Shown: in pieces, positions 10,645 to 19,894 of the stretch
How the letters are laid out: each line of letters opens with the position of its first letter
How positions within the stretch are numbered: position 1 is the first letter of the stretch
Source of the DNA: an uncultured Acidobacteriota bacterium
Lineage (GTDB): Bacteria > Acidobacteriota > Polarisedimenticolia > J045
Direction of reading: 5' to 3'
Assembly (NCBI GenBank): GCA_963702425.1
Contig: CAVPCQ010000037.1
Coordinates: 32,001 to 96,000 of the forward strand
Length of the DNA stretch: 64,000 nucleotides
The notes under the pieces: model-generated
What the model saw: only the letters and a program-made list of their open reading frames with translations
Told to the model about the DNA's origin: nothing
Database searches by the model: none
Position numbers and translations under genes: made by a program

Positions 10645-11145
10645 ATGACGACCGAGACGGCAGGGGTGGGCGAGGCCCAGTTCCGGGTCCCGAAAGTCAC
10701 CGTCGACGCGGAGTTCCTGCTCGAGGGCGGCCCCTGGGTCACCGGGAGGGTCTTCCTCTTCCCGGATGCGGGCACCCACGGCGGCCGGGAGCGGGTGATC
10801 GACCTGCTCCGCGCACGGGAGTCGTTCTTCCCGGCGACCTTCGGCGGGAGGGCGCGCCTCGTCAACAAGGCCCGGCTGCTCGCGGTGCGGGTCGCCGACG
10901 CGGGCGACGCGGGGGTCGACGAAGAGCTGGTCACGGCCTTCATCGCGGTCCCGGTGACGATCGAGCTGGCCGGAGCGGCCGCCGACGCCAGTTCGCTCGG
11001 CGGGGTGCTCCACCTCGAGACCGCGCCGGGACGCCACCGCCTCCTCGACTATCTCAACACGGTCGGCGAGTTCGTTCCGCTCGAGCAGGAGGCGGGAATC
11101 GTGCTCGTCGCGACGCGCGCGATCGCCGGCGTCCGGCCGCTCTAA
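10645..11145 (+). CDS. Hypothetical protein made of two tandem ~75-aa repeats
   Basis: RBS AGGAG upstream; halves RVIDLLRARESFFP and RLLDYLNTVGEFVP are similar. Confidence 0.75.
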   Translation: MTTETAGVGEAQFRVPKVTVDAEFLLEGGPWVTGRVFLFPDAGTHGGRERVIDLLRARESFFPATFGGRARLVNKARLLAVRVADAGDAGVDEELVTAFIAVPVTIELAGAAADASSLGGVLHLETAPGRHRLLDYLNTVGEFVPLEQEAGIVLVATRAIAGVRPL

Positions 11146-11942
11146 CCGATGACGGCGAACTCGATCGCTTCCCCGGCCGTGAGGCCGAGGCGGGCCGCCG
11201 CGCTCCCCTGGTCGAGCGCCAGTTCGAGGTAGCCGGACGAGCCCCAGAGCAGGAAGACGTCGCCGGCCGGCGCGTCGCTGAAGGTGCGGTGCACGCCGAG
11301 CGCGCGCATCGCGCCCGGCAGGCCGAGCGTGCTCTCCTGCACCCCGCAGCGCGCGAGCGCCTCGCGGGTCAGGTTGCACGCGACGTTCCCGAAGCGGTCG
11401 ACGGCGAGCACACCGGCGTGCAGCCGCGCCCCGTCGCGGCGCGGCGCGGTCAACGGCAGGCGGACCGGATCGCTCACTTCCGGCCCGATATCCGCCAGCG
11501 GTGCGCCGCGGGCAAGCCGTCCCGCGACGGGGGCGAACAGGTCGCGGCCGTGAAACGTCGGGTGGGCCTCCGCCAGCCCGAGACGTGGGGCGTCGATCGC
11601 CCGCAGCTCGGCCACCTCCAGCCGGTCGTAGATCGCGGTGAAGAGCCCGTTGTCCGGGCCGACGAAGAGGCTCCCGCCGGCCGAGAAGGCAAGCGCCCGG
11701 CGCGGGCCGCCCACCCCCGGATCGACGACCGCGAGGTGCACCGTGCCGCGCGGGAACCAGGGCGCGGCGGCCCCCAGCAGGTAGGCGCCCGCGAGGCGAT
11801 CGTACGGGGGCAGGTCGTGGCCGATGTCAACCAGCTGCACGCCCGGGCAGGCCGTGAGGAGGGCCCCGCGGAGCGCCCCGAGGTAGGGATCGCGCGTGCC
11901 GAAGTCCGTGGTCAGGGTGATGAGCGGCGGAGTCGAGGCCAT
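11142..11942 (-). CDS. SAM-dependent chlorinase/fluorinase family (DUF62, SAM hydroxide adenosyltransferase)
   Basis: ITLTTDFG, HLAVVDPGVG, GPDNG, TFHGRDLFAP, VDRFGN, GSSGYLELA. Confidence 0.92.
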   Translation of the reverse strand: MASTPPLITLTTDFGTRDPYLGALRGALLTACPGVQLVDIGHDLPPYDRLAGAYLLGAAAPWFPRGTVHLAVVDPGVGGPRRALAFSAGGSLFVGPDNGLFTAIYDRLEVAELRAIDAPRLGLAEAHPTFHGRDLFAPVAGRLARGAPLADIGPEVSDPVRLPLTAPRRDGARLHAGVLAVDRFGNVACNLTREALARCGVQESTLGLPGAMRALGVHRTFSDAPAGDVFLLWGSSGYLELALDQGSAAARLGLTAGEAIEFAVIG

Positions 11943-12022
11943 GCGCGGGTTTGAACCTCCGGCGGTTTCCTTCATCATGCCGGAACTGCCGCCCCTCTTG
12001 CCTGGCGCGCGGAGACCCTTCG

Positions 12023-15000
12023 ATGCGAGGCTGCACCGTCCTGCGCCCCTGGCTCGTCGTGGCCGCCTGCGCCGCCGCGATCGGCGCGGCGTCCGGAGAA
12101 GGGGTGGACCTCGTGCCCGGTCGCCCCGAGTTGACGCGCCCCGTGCACGCGATCGGGCTCGTGCTGCCGGACGGAACCGCCCCCGAGGCCGCGGCGGCCG
12201 CGCTGGCGCCGCCCGAGGTGCGCGGCGAGGTTTCGGCTCCGGGGCGGGCCTGGGGCGCGCTCCGCATCCGCTGGGCCGACGCCGAAGCGGTGCCCGGCAC
12301 GATCGATCTCACGCGCTGGGATCCGCTCGTCCTCGCGCTGGCGCGCGCGGGGCAGCCGCTGCTGGTCGTGATCGAGGGGGGGCACGCGGCCTACGGCTCC
12401 TTCTCGGCGGACGGGCTCCTGCCGGCCGCGGGAACCGACGCCGGCGCCGGGCTCGATGCCTACCGCCGCGGCTGGAACCGCCTGCTGCGCGAGGTCGCCC
12501 GGCGCTGGTCCGGGAAGGTCGCGGCCTTCGCGGTGGACGGTGCGCTTCCCGGCGCGGCCGCGCCGGAAGCGACGCGCCTGGTCGCCTACGAGATCAAGTC
12601 GGCCGCGGTCACGGTCACCGCCGAGGCGCCGGCGAGCGGCTTCTGGCTGCGCGCACGCGACGCCCGCGAGGCGGCGCTCATCGTCGCCGCCTTCGAGGCT
12701 TCGGCCGACCTCGTGCCGTACGTCGACGGCCTGCTCTTCGCGACCGCGGCGGGCGAGGACCTCGCGGCCCGGGCGGCGGAAGAGCGGGCCCGCTGGCTAG
12801 CGGTCGAGGCCGCGGCCTCGCTGGCCTTCGAGGCCTCGGTGCCCGCGGACCTGGCGGCCACGGCCCGCGACGACGCGGCACTCGAGCGGGCCGCGGAACT
12901 GCTCGGCGGCGGCGCCGACCTGGCACTGATCGAGGTCCCGGGGCCCGTCGCTGCCGCCGGCGCTCCGCCCGGGGCGCGGAGCATCGCCGCCTTCGCGGCG
13001 CTGGTCGGGCCGTCGTACGGGCTGGCGCCGCGGGAGGGCCGCGGCCTCGACTGGATCGCACCCGCGGCGGGAGTTCGCTGGGCCTACTACTTCGACGAAG
13101 ACCGCTTCCGCGAGGTCGCCGTCTACTGGGCCGGACCGGGGCTGGCCGCGCCCGGCGAGGCCACGGTCCGGGTCGAGCGCACGCTGCGCCGCGAGATCAC
13201 GCTGTTCGACCCGCTCGGGCGGATCGCCACCCCGCCGCGCCTCGAGCCGCAGGCCGACGGCACCGTGCTGGTGACGGTGCCGCTCGCGCCGCGGCCGCTG
13301 CTGCTGGCGATCCAGCGCGAGAAGACCTCTCCCGGGGGCGTCGGGCTCGATGCGGCCGAGAGCGAGTCACGGAGCACGAGGACGGTCACGGCCGAGGAGA
13401 TCATCGCCGCGCACCAGCGGTTCCGCGCGTTCCAGGACGACCGCCTGAAGACCGTCCAGCGCCCGGGCCAGATCAGCTTCCGAGCGCGCGTCGGCGTCTC
13501 GACCGGGTCGCTCGACCTGTCGGTCAAGGCCGATCAGTTCTGGGAGCCCGCGACCGGGGGGGAGTGGGTGATCCTCGACACCTACTTCAACGGCGTCAAG
13601 CTCAACTGGAACAAGTTCCCCGAACTCCCCTTCCTGAGCCGCGAGAAGATCGTCGCCGCGCCGCTCGACCTGAACCTGGATCGGCGCTACGGCTACGAAT
13701 ACGAGGGGGTCGAGGAGGTCGACGGCCGGCCGGCGTGGCGACTCAGGTTCGAGCCGCTGGCGGACACGGTCTCGCTCTATCGGGGCACCGCGTGGATCGA
13801 CCAGCGCACGGCCGCGCTGCTCAAGGTCCGGCTGCGCTTCACGAAGACCGAGCCGCCGATCATCTCGGACGAGGAGACCCAGGCCTACGCCCCCTACGAG
13901 GGGCCCGACGGCACCTCCTTCTGGCTCCCGAGCCGGCTCGACGGCCAGCAGATCTACACGATTGCCGGCGCCAACGTCGTCGTGCTGCGCGAGATCGACT
14001 TCGGCGCGCCCGCGATCAACGGACCCGGGTTCGCCGCGGCGCGCGCGCAAGTCTACGCCTCCGACCGGCAGATGCTGCGCGACACCGACACCGGCTACAA
14101 ATGGCTCTCGAAGAACGAAGAGGGCGAGCGGACCGTGCTGGAGAATGGCGATCCGACGCAGTGGTTCGCCGTGGCCGGCGCGCTCCGCGACTCCTCGACG
14201 CAGGGGGTCGTCCCGCTCGCCGGGGCCAACTACGTCGACATCGACTTCCGCGGGAAGAAGGAGATCTTCAACGCCTTCCTCGCCGGGGCGTTCAACAACA
14301 TCGCCTGGACCGCCCCCAGCTTCCTCGGCACCCGCCTCGACGCGGGAGTCAACGCCACCCTCGTCGGCATCAAGCTGGTCGACAGCGTCTACGAGAACGC
14401 CGAGGAGATCCCGTCGCAGGCCGTGGCCACGATCCCGCAGGAGCTGCGCCTGACGTTCGGCTACCCGCTCGGAGATTTCGTCAAATTCCGGTCCACGCTG
14501 GGGCTGGGCTACATCAATGTCCGGAACGCCGACACCACGAAGAACTTCGTCCTGCCGCCCGACCACTTCGTCTACGAGGGCAGCTTGTCCGTGGGCTTCG
14601 ACCGCGGCGGCTGGAGCCTCGGCCTGCGTGGCGCGTACTCGGTCCGCTCGCAGTGGGCTCCCTGGGGACCGGACGGGGACCTCGCCACGCCGGCCGAGAT
14701 CGCGACGGCGAAGTCCTTCACCACGTGGGAGGCCGCGGTCCAGAAGTCGTTCTTCCTGCCCTACTTCCAGAAGATCGAGCTGGCCGCGACCTGGTACGAC
14801 GGCCAGGACCTGGACCGCTTCTCGGACTACGACTTCGGCCTGTTCGGAGCGAACCGTCTGCCCGGCTTCGGTGGCGCCGGGATCCGCTTCTCCCGCGGCG
14901 GCGTGTTCGAGCTGACCTACGGCTTCAACATCGCGCAGGTCGTGGGGTTCGACGTGGACCTCGAATACGGGCTGGTCGACGACCCGCAGGTGGCGCCCGG

Positions 15001-15154
15001 GTTCTCGGGCCACACCGGGGTCGGGCTGGCGGCCAACTTCGCCGGGCCCTGGGAAACACTCTGGCGGTTCGATGTCGGGTACGCGCTGGACAGCGACCTG
15101 CCCGCGGCGGAAGGGAAGGTCGACTTCTTCCTGGCGGTGCTGAAGCTGTTCTGA
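12023..15154 (+). CDS. Large exported multi-domain protein with probable C-terminal outer-membrane beta-barrel
   Basis: Signal peptide; central GVEEVDGRPAWRLRFEP..GTAWID (LolA/RseB-like); alternating aromatic strands; terminal Phe. Confidence 0.7.
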   Translation: MRGCTVLRPWLVVAACAAAIGAASGEGVDLVPGRPELTRPVHAIGLVLPDGTAPEAAAAALAPPEVRGEVSAPGRAWGALRIRWADAEAVPGTIDLTRWDPLVLALARAGQPLLVVIEGGHAAYGSFSADGLLPAAGTDAGAGLDAYRRGWNRLLREVARRWSGKVAAFAVDGALPGAAAPEATRLVAYEIKSAAVTVTAEAPASGFWLRARDAREAALIVAAFEASADLVPYVDGLLFATAAGEDLAARAAEERARWLAVEAAASLAFEASVPADLAATARDDAALERAAELLGGGADLALIEVPGPVAAAGAPPGARSIAAFAALVGPSYGLAPREGRGLDWIAPAAGVRWAYYFDEDRFREVAVYWAGPGLAAPGEATVRVERTLRREITLFDPLGRIATPPRLEPQADGTVLVTVPLAPRPLLLAIQREKTSPGGVGLDAAESESRSTRTVTAEEIIAAHQRFRAFQDDRLKTVQRPGQISFRARVGVSTGSLDLSVKADQFWEPATGGEWVILDTYFNGVKLNWNKFPELPFLSREKIVAAPLDLNLDRRYGYEYEGVEEVDGRPAWRLRFEPLADTVSLYRGTAWIDQRTAALLKVRLRFTKTEPPIISDEETQAYAPYEGPDGTSFWLPSRLDGQQIYTIAGANVVVLREIDFGAPAINGPGFAAARAQVYASDRQMLRDTDTGYKWLSKNEEGERTVLENGDPTQWFAVAGALRDSSTQGVVPLAGANYVDIDFRGKKEIFNAFLAGAFNNIAWTAPSFLGTRLDAGVNATLVGIKLVDSVYENAEEIPSQAVATIPQELRLTFGYPLGDFVKFRSTLGLGYINVRNADTTKNFVLPPDHFVYEGSLSVGFDRGGWSLGLRGAYSVRSQWAPWGPDGDLATPAEIATAKSFTTWEAAVQKSFFLPYFQKIELAATWYDGQDLDRFSDYDFGLFGANRLPGFGGAGIRFSRGGVFELTYGFNIAQVVGFDVDLEYGLVDDPQVAPGFSGHTGVGLAANFAGPWETLWRFDVGYALDSDLPAAEGKVDFFLAVLKLF

Positions 15155-15197
15155 AAAAGAACGGGGGCGCCGTTCCCGGCGCCCCCGCGGCGGTTCT
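15154..15197. terminator. Probable bidirectional intrinsic terminator
   Basis: CGGGGGCGCCG-TTCC-CGGCGCCCCCG hairpin between convergent genes, A-tract on the left. Confidence 0.7.
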
Positions 15198-15213
15198 TCG
15201 ATGCCAGGGCGAG

Positions 15214-15570
15214 CTAGGCCTTGACGTGGCAGACCTTGCAGTCCTTCTTCACCGGCCCCGACTTCTGGCCGGCCGCCACGGTCTTCTCGTGGCACTGCCA
15301 GCAGGAGGTGTGCACCGCGTCGGAGAGCTTGGGCGCCTTGTCCTTGGCGGCCGCCTTGTCGTGGCACGTTTCGCACTTCGGCGGGGTCTCACCGGCCTTC
15401 GTCGTGTGATGGCAGGCTTCGCACTTGATTCCCTTGTCGGCGTGCGCCTTGTGCGGGAAGGTCACCGTTCCCATCTTCGTGTCGAACTTGATGTCCGCCG
15501 GGGGATCCGCCGCCAGCGCGAACAGACCGCAGATCGCGAGTCCCAGCACCACCACGAGCGCTTTCTTCAC
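15214..15570 (-). CDS. Tetraheme cytochrome c3 family protein
   Basis: Signal peptide, VTFPHKAH, CEACHH, CETCH, CWQCH, CKVCH; Lys-rich; RBS GAGGAGG. Confidence 0.9.
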   Translation of the reverse strand: MKKALVVVLGLAICGLFALAADPPADIKFDTKMGTVTFPHKAHADKGIKCEACHHTTKAGETPPKCETCHDKAAAKDKAPKLSDAVHTSCWQCHEKTVAAGQKSGPVKKDCKVCHVKA

Positions 15571-15591
15571 CTTGTCATCCTCCTCGGCGGT

Positions 15592-16497
15592 CTATGCCGC
15601 GTCGGTTCCAGCCCCGGGGTCGGCGGTGCGCCCGCGGCGCCGCCGCACGACCGATTCTACGACGAGCGCCGCACCCAGTGCGGCGAAGGTCGCGGCCACC
15701 AAACCCCCGAACCAAAGATACCAAACATCGAAGTAGCTGCGAAACGCCCACGAGGCCTGGCCCGGCACGTAGCAGATCCGGCCGTCCACGGCCGCGGCGC
15801 TCGCACCCTCGTGGCAGGGCCCGCAGGTCTCGGCGATCCGGGCCGGGCTGACCTTCGACCGCGGGTCAGACGCGGGGTACACGCCGTGCTGGCCGTGGCA
15901 CGACTGGCACTGCGTGACGTAGCGGAAATCCCCCGAGACCAGGAAACCGTGCGGGCCGGTCGGCCAGGGCTTGCCGTCCGGGCGCGGCTTGACCGACAGT
16001 TTGAGCAGCGGATCCACGAGTCGCGGCGCGTGGCAGGCGGCGCTCGCGCAGGAGTGATCGAGGCCGGTCGGCAGGTAACGCGCCCGGTGGTCGGTTGCGG
16101 GGTACCACTGGTGCTCGGTGTGGCAGGTGGTCGCGCACCCCTGGAGGTGCTCGCTCCGGCCCTGGGCGGCCGCGTGGACATCCCCTTCGAACGCCTTGGC
16201 TTCCTCGCCGTGGCACGACGAGCAGGCGACCGTCTTCAGGGGCATCGCGTGCGGGGCGGCGGGGTCGCCGATCAGGTGGCAGGCCCCGCAGCCGAGCGCC
16301 TTGTGGACGCCGTCGTGGGACCAGCCGCGCAGGTCGATCGGCTGGGCCTTCCCCTCGGGGTGCAGCCCGTCGTGGCAGCGGCAGCCCACGGCCGGGTCGA
16401 GCGCGGCGGGGGGGGCGAGCGCCGCGGGCTCGTCCGCCGCCAGGGCGGCGCCCACGGCGGCGGCCAGCAGCACGGAGCAGAGCAGGCGGCGGCTCAC
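15592..16497 (-). CDS. Membrane-anchored multiheme cytochrome c (4 canonical plus 3 atypical motifs)
   Basis: GTG 16497 overlaps the upstream TGA; signal peptide; CRCH, CGACH, CSSCH, CATTCH, CASAACH, CQSCH, CGPCH; C-terminal TM. Confidence 0.85.
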   Translation of the reverse strand: MSRRLLCSVLLAAAVGAALAADEPAALAPPAALDPAVGCRCHDGLHPEGKAQPIDLRGWSHDGVHKALGCGACHLIGDPAAPHAMPLKTVACSSCHGEEAKAFEGDVHAAAQGRSEHLQGCATTCHTEHQWYPATDHRARYLPTGLDHSCASAACHAPRLVDPLLKLSVKPRPDGKPWPTGPHGFLVSGDFRYVTQCQSCHGQHGVYPASDPRSKVSPARIAETCGPCHEGASAAAVDGRICYVPGQASWAFRSYFDVWYLWFGGLVAATFAALGAALVVESVVRRRRGRTADPGAGTDAA

Positions 16498-18494
16498 AGT
16501 CCCTCCCCTTCGCGCTCGGGATCGACGCCCTGCCAGGCGACGACCTCGTCGTACTCGTCCCGATGCTCTTCCTTCATCGCGTGGAGCGGCATCCCGCCGT
16601 CGATCCAGGTGCGGTTCATCGGGAAGATCCCCGGCTTGAGGTGCACCCCGAACATGTGCCATAGCAGGATCGCGGCGAAGGCCAGCAGGGCCTCGTACCC
16701 GTGGACGAGCTGCGAGAGCTGGACCACGATCGCCGGCCAGTTGCTGGCGGTCCAGAGCACGACCCCCGAGGCCACCATGACGAGCGTGCCCCAGACGAGC
16801 GCCCAGTACTCGAGCTTCTCGCGGTAGGTGTAGCGGCGCCCGGGGGGCGGCGCGTCGCGGAAGCCGAGGAACCAGGCGAAGTTCCCCAGCATGTCCTTGC
16901 CGTCGTGCAGCGCGTCGGGCAGCAGTTCCACGAACTCGCGCCGGCCGCGCCTGGTGAAGGCCAGCCAGTACAGGTGGTAAAGCGAGCCGCCGATCATCAC
17001 CAGCGCCGCCACGCGGTGGACCTGGCCGCGCAGGTCGAAGAGCGGCGGTCCGACCGCGCCCAGCTTGTCGGACCAGCCGGCGGGCATGTAGAGCGCGAAG
17101 CCGGACAGGACGAGGGTCGAAAACGAGATCACCAGGAACAGGTGCTGCACGATCTGGTTCCGGTCCCAGCGCACGACGACCCACTTGCCGTCGCGGTTCT
17201 CGAAGCGCGAGAGCGGCTCGATCCGGCGCCGGCGGGGGTTCGCCGCAGTCCCTGCGTGAGGATGGGCGTGCGCCGTCCGAAGCAGCGTCTTCTGCTCGAG
17301 GACCTGGTGCACCGCCATGAAGACCAGGGTCGCGCTGATGATCGCGAGGTAGATCCAGCGCGTCCAGCGCGTCCAGTCGATCCCCTTGACGATCGCCCGC
17401 GCGTGCGCCGGCGTGGACGCGAAGCTCGCGGTCGCGCCGGGGTGGCAGTCGGGCTGGCTGCAGGTTCGCTGCAGGTTCTGCGGGTTCACGCTCGAGGCCA
17501 GGTCGTGCTGCGAGCGGATGTCGTGGAAGCGATGGCACGAAGCGCAGTTGGCGACGTTGGAGGCGCCCCAGCCGCTGCCCCGCCCGTGATACGACTGGTC
17601 GTAGGTGGTGACGCTGTCGGGCCGGAGGTCGTAGCGCGAGGTCAGGTCGGGGTCGCCGTGGCAGCGCCCGCAGGTCGCGCTGACCTGGGCCGCGTAGGCG
17701 CTGCCGCCGTACTGCGGCCGCTGAATCGCATGCGCGCCGTGGCAGTCGGTGCAGATCGCCGAGGCGAGATTCCCGGCCTTCCACGCCTTGCCGTGCACGC
17801 CGCGCAGCAGCGCGTTCAGCTCGCTGGTGTGGCAGCGGCCGCAGAGATTCGGTTGGTTGCGTCGGTTGAGTGGTTCGGCCGGATCCTCCAGCGCGCGGAC
17901 CGCATGCGGGTGGTGGCAGACGTTGCAGGTCGGGGCTTCCGCCTCCTCTCCCTCGACCGCGGCGCGGCCGTGGACGGAGGTCTGCCACTCGGCGACCGGG
18001 TCGCGGCCGAAGGTGTCCTTCTTGTGGCACTGGCCGCAGGTCGCCCCGAGATTGTGGGAGTTCGTCCTCGAGGCGGCGTCTGCCGACGGGCGGATCTGGT
18101 GGCTGCCGTGGCAGGCTGCACAACCGGACTTGAACCCGGGGCCCGGCCTGATCTTCTGCGTGTGGATCGACAACTTCACCGTCTCGACGATGTCTCCATG
18201 GCAGGCGTCGCACGACGCCGGGGCGAGATCCGGGGGGTGGGGGATCGGGGGATCGCCGGCCATGTCGACGTGGCAGTCGCTGCAGGAAAGTCCCTCATGG
18301 ATCGAACCCTTGAGGGAATCCTCCACAACGACGAGCTGCGCGGCGCGTTCGCCGGCGTCGGACAGGCTCGCGGCGTCCGCGTGGCACGACGCGCAAATGG
18401 AGTCGTCGGCCCGGGCGACGGGCGGTGTCGCGACCAGGAGAGCGAACACGACGGCGGCCGCACACGCGAGCAGGCGGCCGGGTAAGCACCGCAT
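16494..18494 (-). CDS. Multiheme cytochrome c (10 CxxCH plus CX4CH) fused to cytochrome b domain, CbcL-like
   Basis: Signal peptide; motifs counted; QHLFLVISF, VHRVAA, YREKLEYWALVWG, VHGYEALLA. Confidence 0.9.
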   Translation of the reverse strand: MRCLPGRLLACAAAVVFALLVATPPVARADDSICASCHADAASLSDAGERAAQLVVVEDSLKGSIHEGLSCSDCHVDMAGDPPIPHPPDLAPASCDACHGDIVETVKLSIHTQKIRPGPGFKSGCAACHGSHQIRPSADAASRTNSHNLGATCGQCHKKDTFGRDPVAEWQTSVHGRAAVEGEEAEAPTCNVCHHPHAVRALEDPAEPLNRRNQPNLCGRCHTSELNALLRGVHGKAWKAGNLASAICTDCHGAHAIQRPQYGGSAYAAQVSATCGRCHGDPDLTSRYDLRPDSVTTYDQSYHGRGSGWGASNVANCASCHRFHDIRSQHDLASSVNPQNLQRTCSQPDCHPGATASFASTPAHARAIVKGIDWTRWTRWIYLAIISATLVFMAVHQVLEQKTLLRTAHAHPHAGTAANPRRRRIEPLSRFENRDGKWVVVRWDRNQIVQHLFLVISFSTLVLSGFALYMPAGWSDKLGAVGPPLFDLRGQVHRVAALVMIGGSLYHLYWLAFTRRGRREFVELLPDALHDGKDMLGNFAWFLGFRDAPPPGRRYTYREKLEYWALVWGTLVMVASGVVLWTASNWPAIVVQLSQLVHGYEALLAFAAILLWHMFGVHLKPGIFPMNRTWIDGGMPLHAMKEEHRDEYDEVVAWQGVDPEREGEGL

Positions 18495-18645
18495 CGGGAG
18501 TTCCTTTCGAGAGGGGAGAACAGAGATTAACCGGTCGATAACTAAAAACCAACCGGTAATTTTCGTAATCCAGACGGCCTGTTCCTAACAGGTTGAGCCG
18601 GAGCGGGAAGCCATCCGCCCGTGGGGCCGGCCACCGCTGGGGCGC

Positions 18646-19371
18646 TCAGTCAGTGGCGCGGGGCCGCTGCTCGGCGGGGAGCGCCTCGGCCATCCGGCGC
18701 CAGACCTCGTCCATCAACGCGTCGCGGTCCTCGTGGGCTGGCCCGGCGGGAAAGACCGGGGCGAGGAAGCGGAGTTCGACCGTGCCCCCCCGGACGCGCC
18801 ACGAATGGGGCGGCTGCACCCGACAGGCTCCCACGATCACCAGCGGGATCACCGGCACCCCCTGCGCCACCGCGGTGGCAAAGGCCCCGCGCTTGAAGCG
18901 CTGCAGCCGTCCGTCGGGGCTGCGGGTTCCTTCCGGGAACGCGAAGAGGCGCTGGGCCGCCGGGTCGCGGAGATCCAGCTCTGCCAGCCTTCGGACGTCC
19001 CGCCGGCTTCCCGAGCGTTCGAGCGGGACCATCCCGGTGGCGCGCATCCCGAGGCCGAGGAACGGGATCCGGAAGAGCGAGACCTTGGCCACCATCCGGT
19101 AGGGGATCGGCAGGTACCCGAGCGCGAGGTAGACGTCCTGGGCGGAGGTGTGATTGGCGACGATCACCGCCGGTCCGGCCGCCGCGGCCTCCTCGCGGCC
19201 GTGGACCCGGACCGTGACGCCCGACACGCCGAGCGACAGGCGCCCCCAGGCCCCGATGATGCACAAAGCCCTGCGCCCGCCGGGGGAGACGAGCGACGAC
19301 CCCATCGCGGCGATCGCGAAAAAAGGCATGATGAAGACCTGCGTCGCGATCAGCGCCAGGGTGCGGAGCAT
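18646..19371 (-). CDS. plsC: 1-acyl-sn-glycerol-3-phosphate acyltransferase family
   Basis: NHTSAQD, FPEGTRS, FKRGAF. Confidence 0.88.
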   Translation of the reverse strand: MLRTLALIATQVFIMPFFAIAAMGSSLVSPGGRRALCIIGAWGRLSLGVSGVTVRVHGREEAAAAGPAVIVANHTSAQDVYLALGYLPIPYRMVAKVSLFRIPFLGLGMRATGMVPLERSGSRRDVRRLAELDLRDPAAQRLFAFPEGTRSPDGRLQRFKRGAFATAVAQGVPVIPLVIVGACRVQPPHSWRVRGGTVELRFLAPVFPAGPAHEDRDALMDEVWRRMAEALPAEQRPRATD

Positions 19372-19415
19372 GCGCCGAGGATAGCCCGCCCGCGGGGCGG
19401 GAAGGAGCGGGACGG

Positions 19416-19886
19416 ATGAGCCTCTTCACGCCGGCGACCCCCGAAGCCCGGCGGTTGCCCGACGAGAGCGCTCCCTGGTGGAGGCTGCTCGGCTGGTCGT
19501 TCCTGCTGGGCGGCGTCGTCGACTTGGCCTTCGGGGTGGGGATCCTCGCGGCCCAGGAGCGCCTCGCCCCCGTTTTCGGGATCACCCTCCCCACGCCGCG
19601 GGTCTACGTCGACCTGTGCGGACTGCTGCTGGTCGGGCTCGGGCTGATCTACTTCCTGGTCTTCGCCAACCCGCGCCGCTTCGCCCCCGTGGCGGTCGTC
19701 GCGACGCTGCTCCGCTTCGCCGGCATGGCGCTGTTCACCGTCGGGCTCTACTCCGGGCGGGCCGAGGCGTTCTTCGCGCACATCGCCAGGACCGACGCCG
19801 GTTTCGCCTTCGTACACGCCTTCCTCCTGCACAAGGCGGCGGGGAGCCTGGTCAACGCGCTGGTACGGCCGTACCGGGGCGAGTGA
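19416..19886 (+). CDS. Hypothetical integral membrane protein (about 4 TM)
   Basis: RBS AAGGAG, hydrophobic segments, GC3-rich frame. Confidence 0.7.
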   Translation: MSLFTPATPEARRLPDESAPWWRLLGWSFLLGGVVDLAFGVGILAAQERLAPVFGITLPTPRVYVDLCGLLLVGLGLIYFLVFANPRRFAPVAVVATLLRFAGMALFTVGLYSGRAEAFFAHIARTDAGFAFVHAFLLHKAAGSLVNALVRPYRGE

Positions 19887-19894
19887 GCGGAGCG

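Noticed and set aside
11142-11942. True fluorinase or chlorinase
   Set aside because: No halometabolite cluster context; most DUF62 members are SAM hydrolases and specificity cannot be read from sequence here
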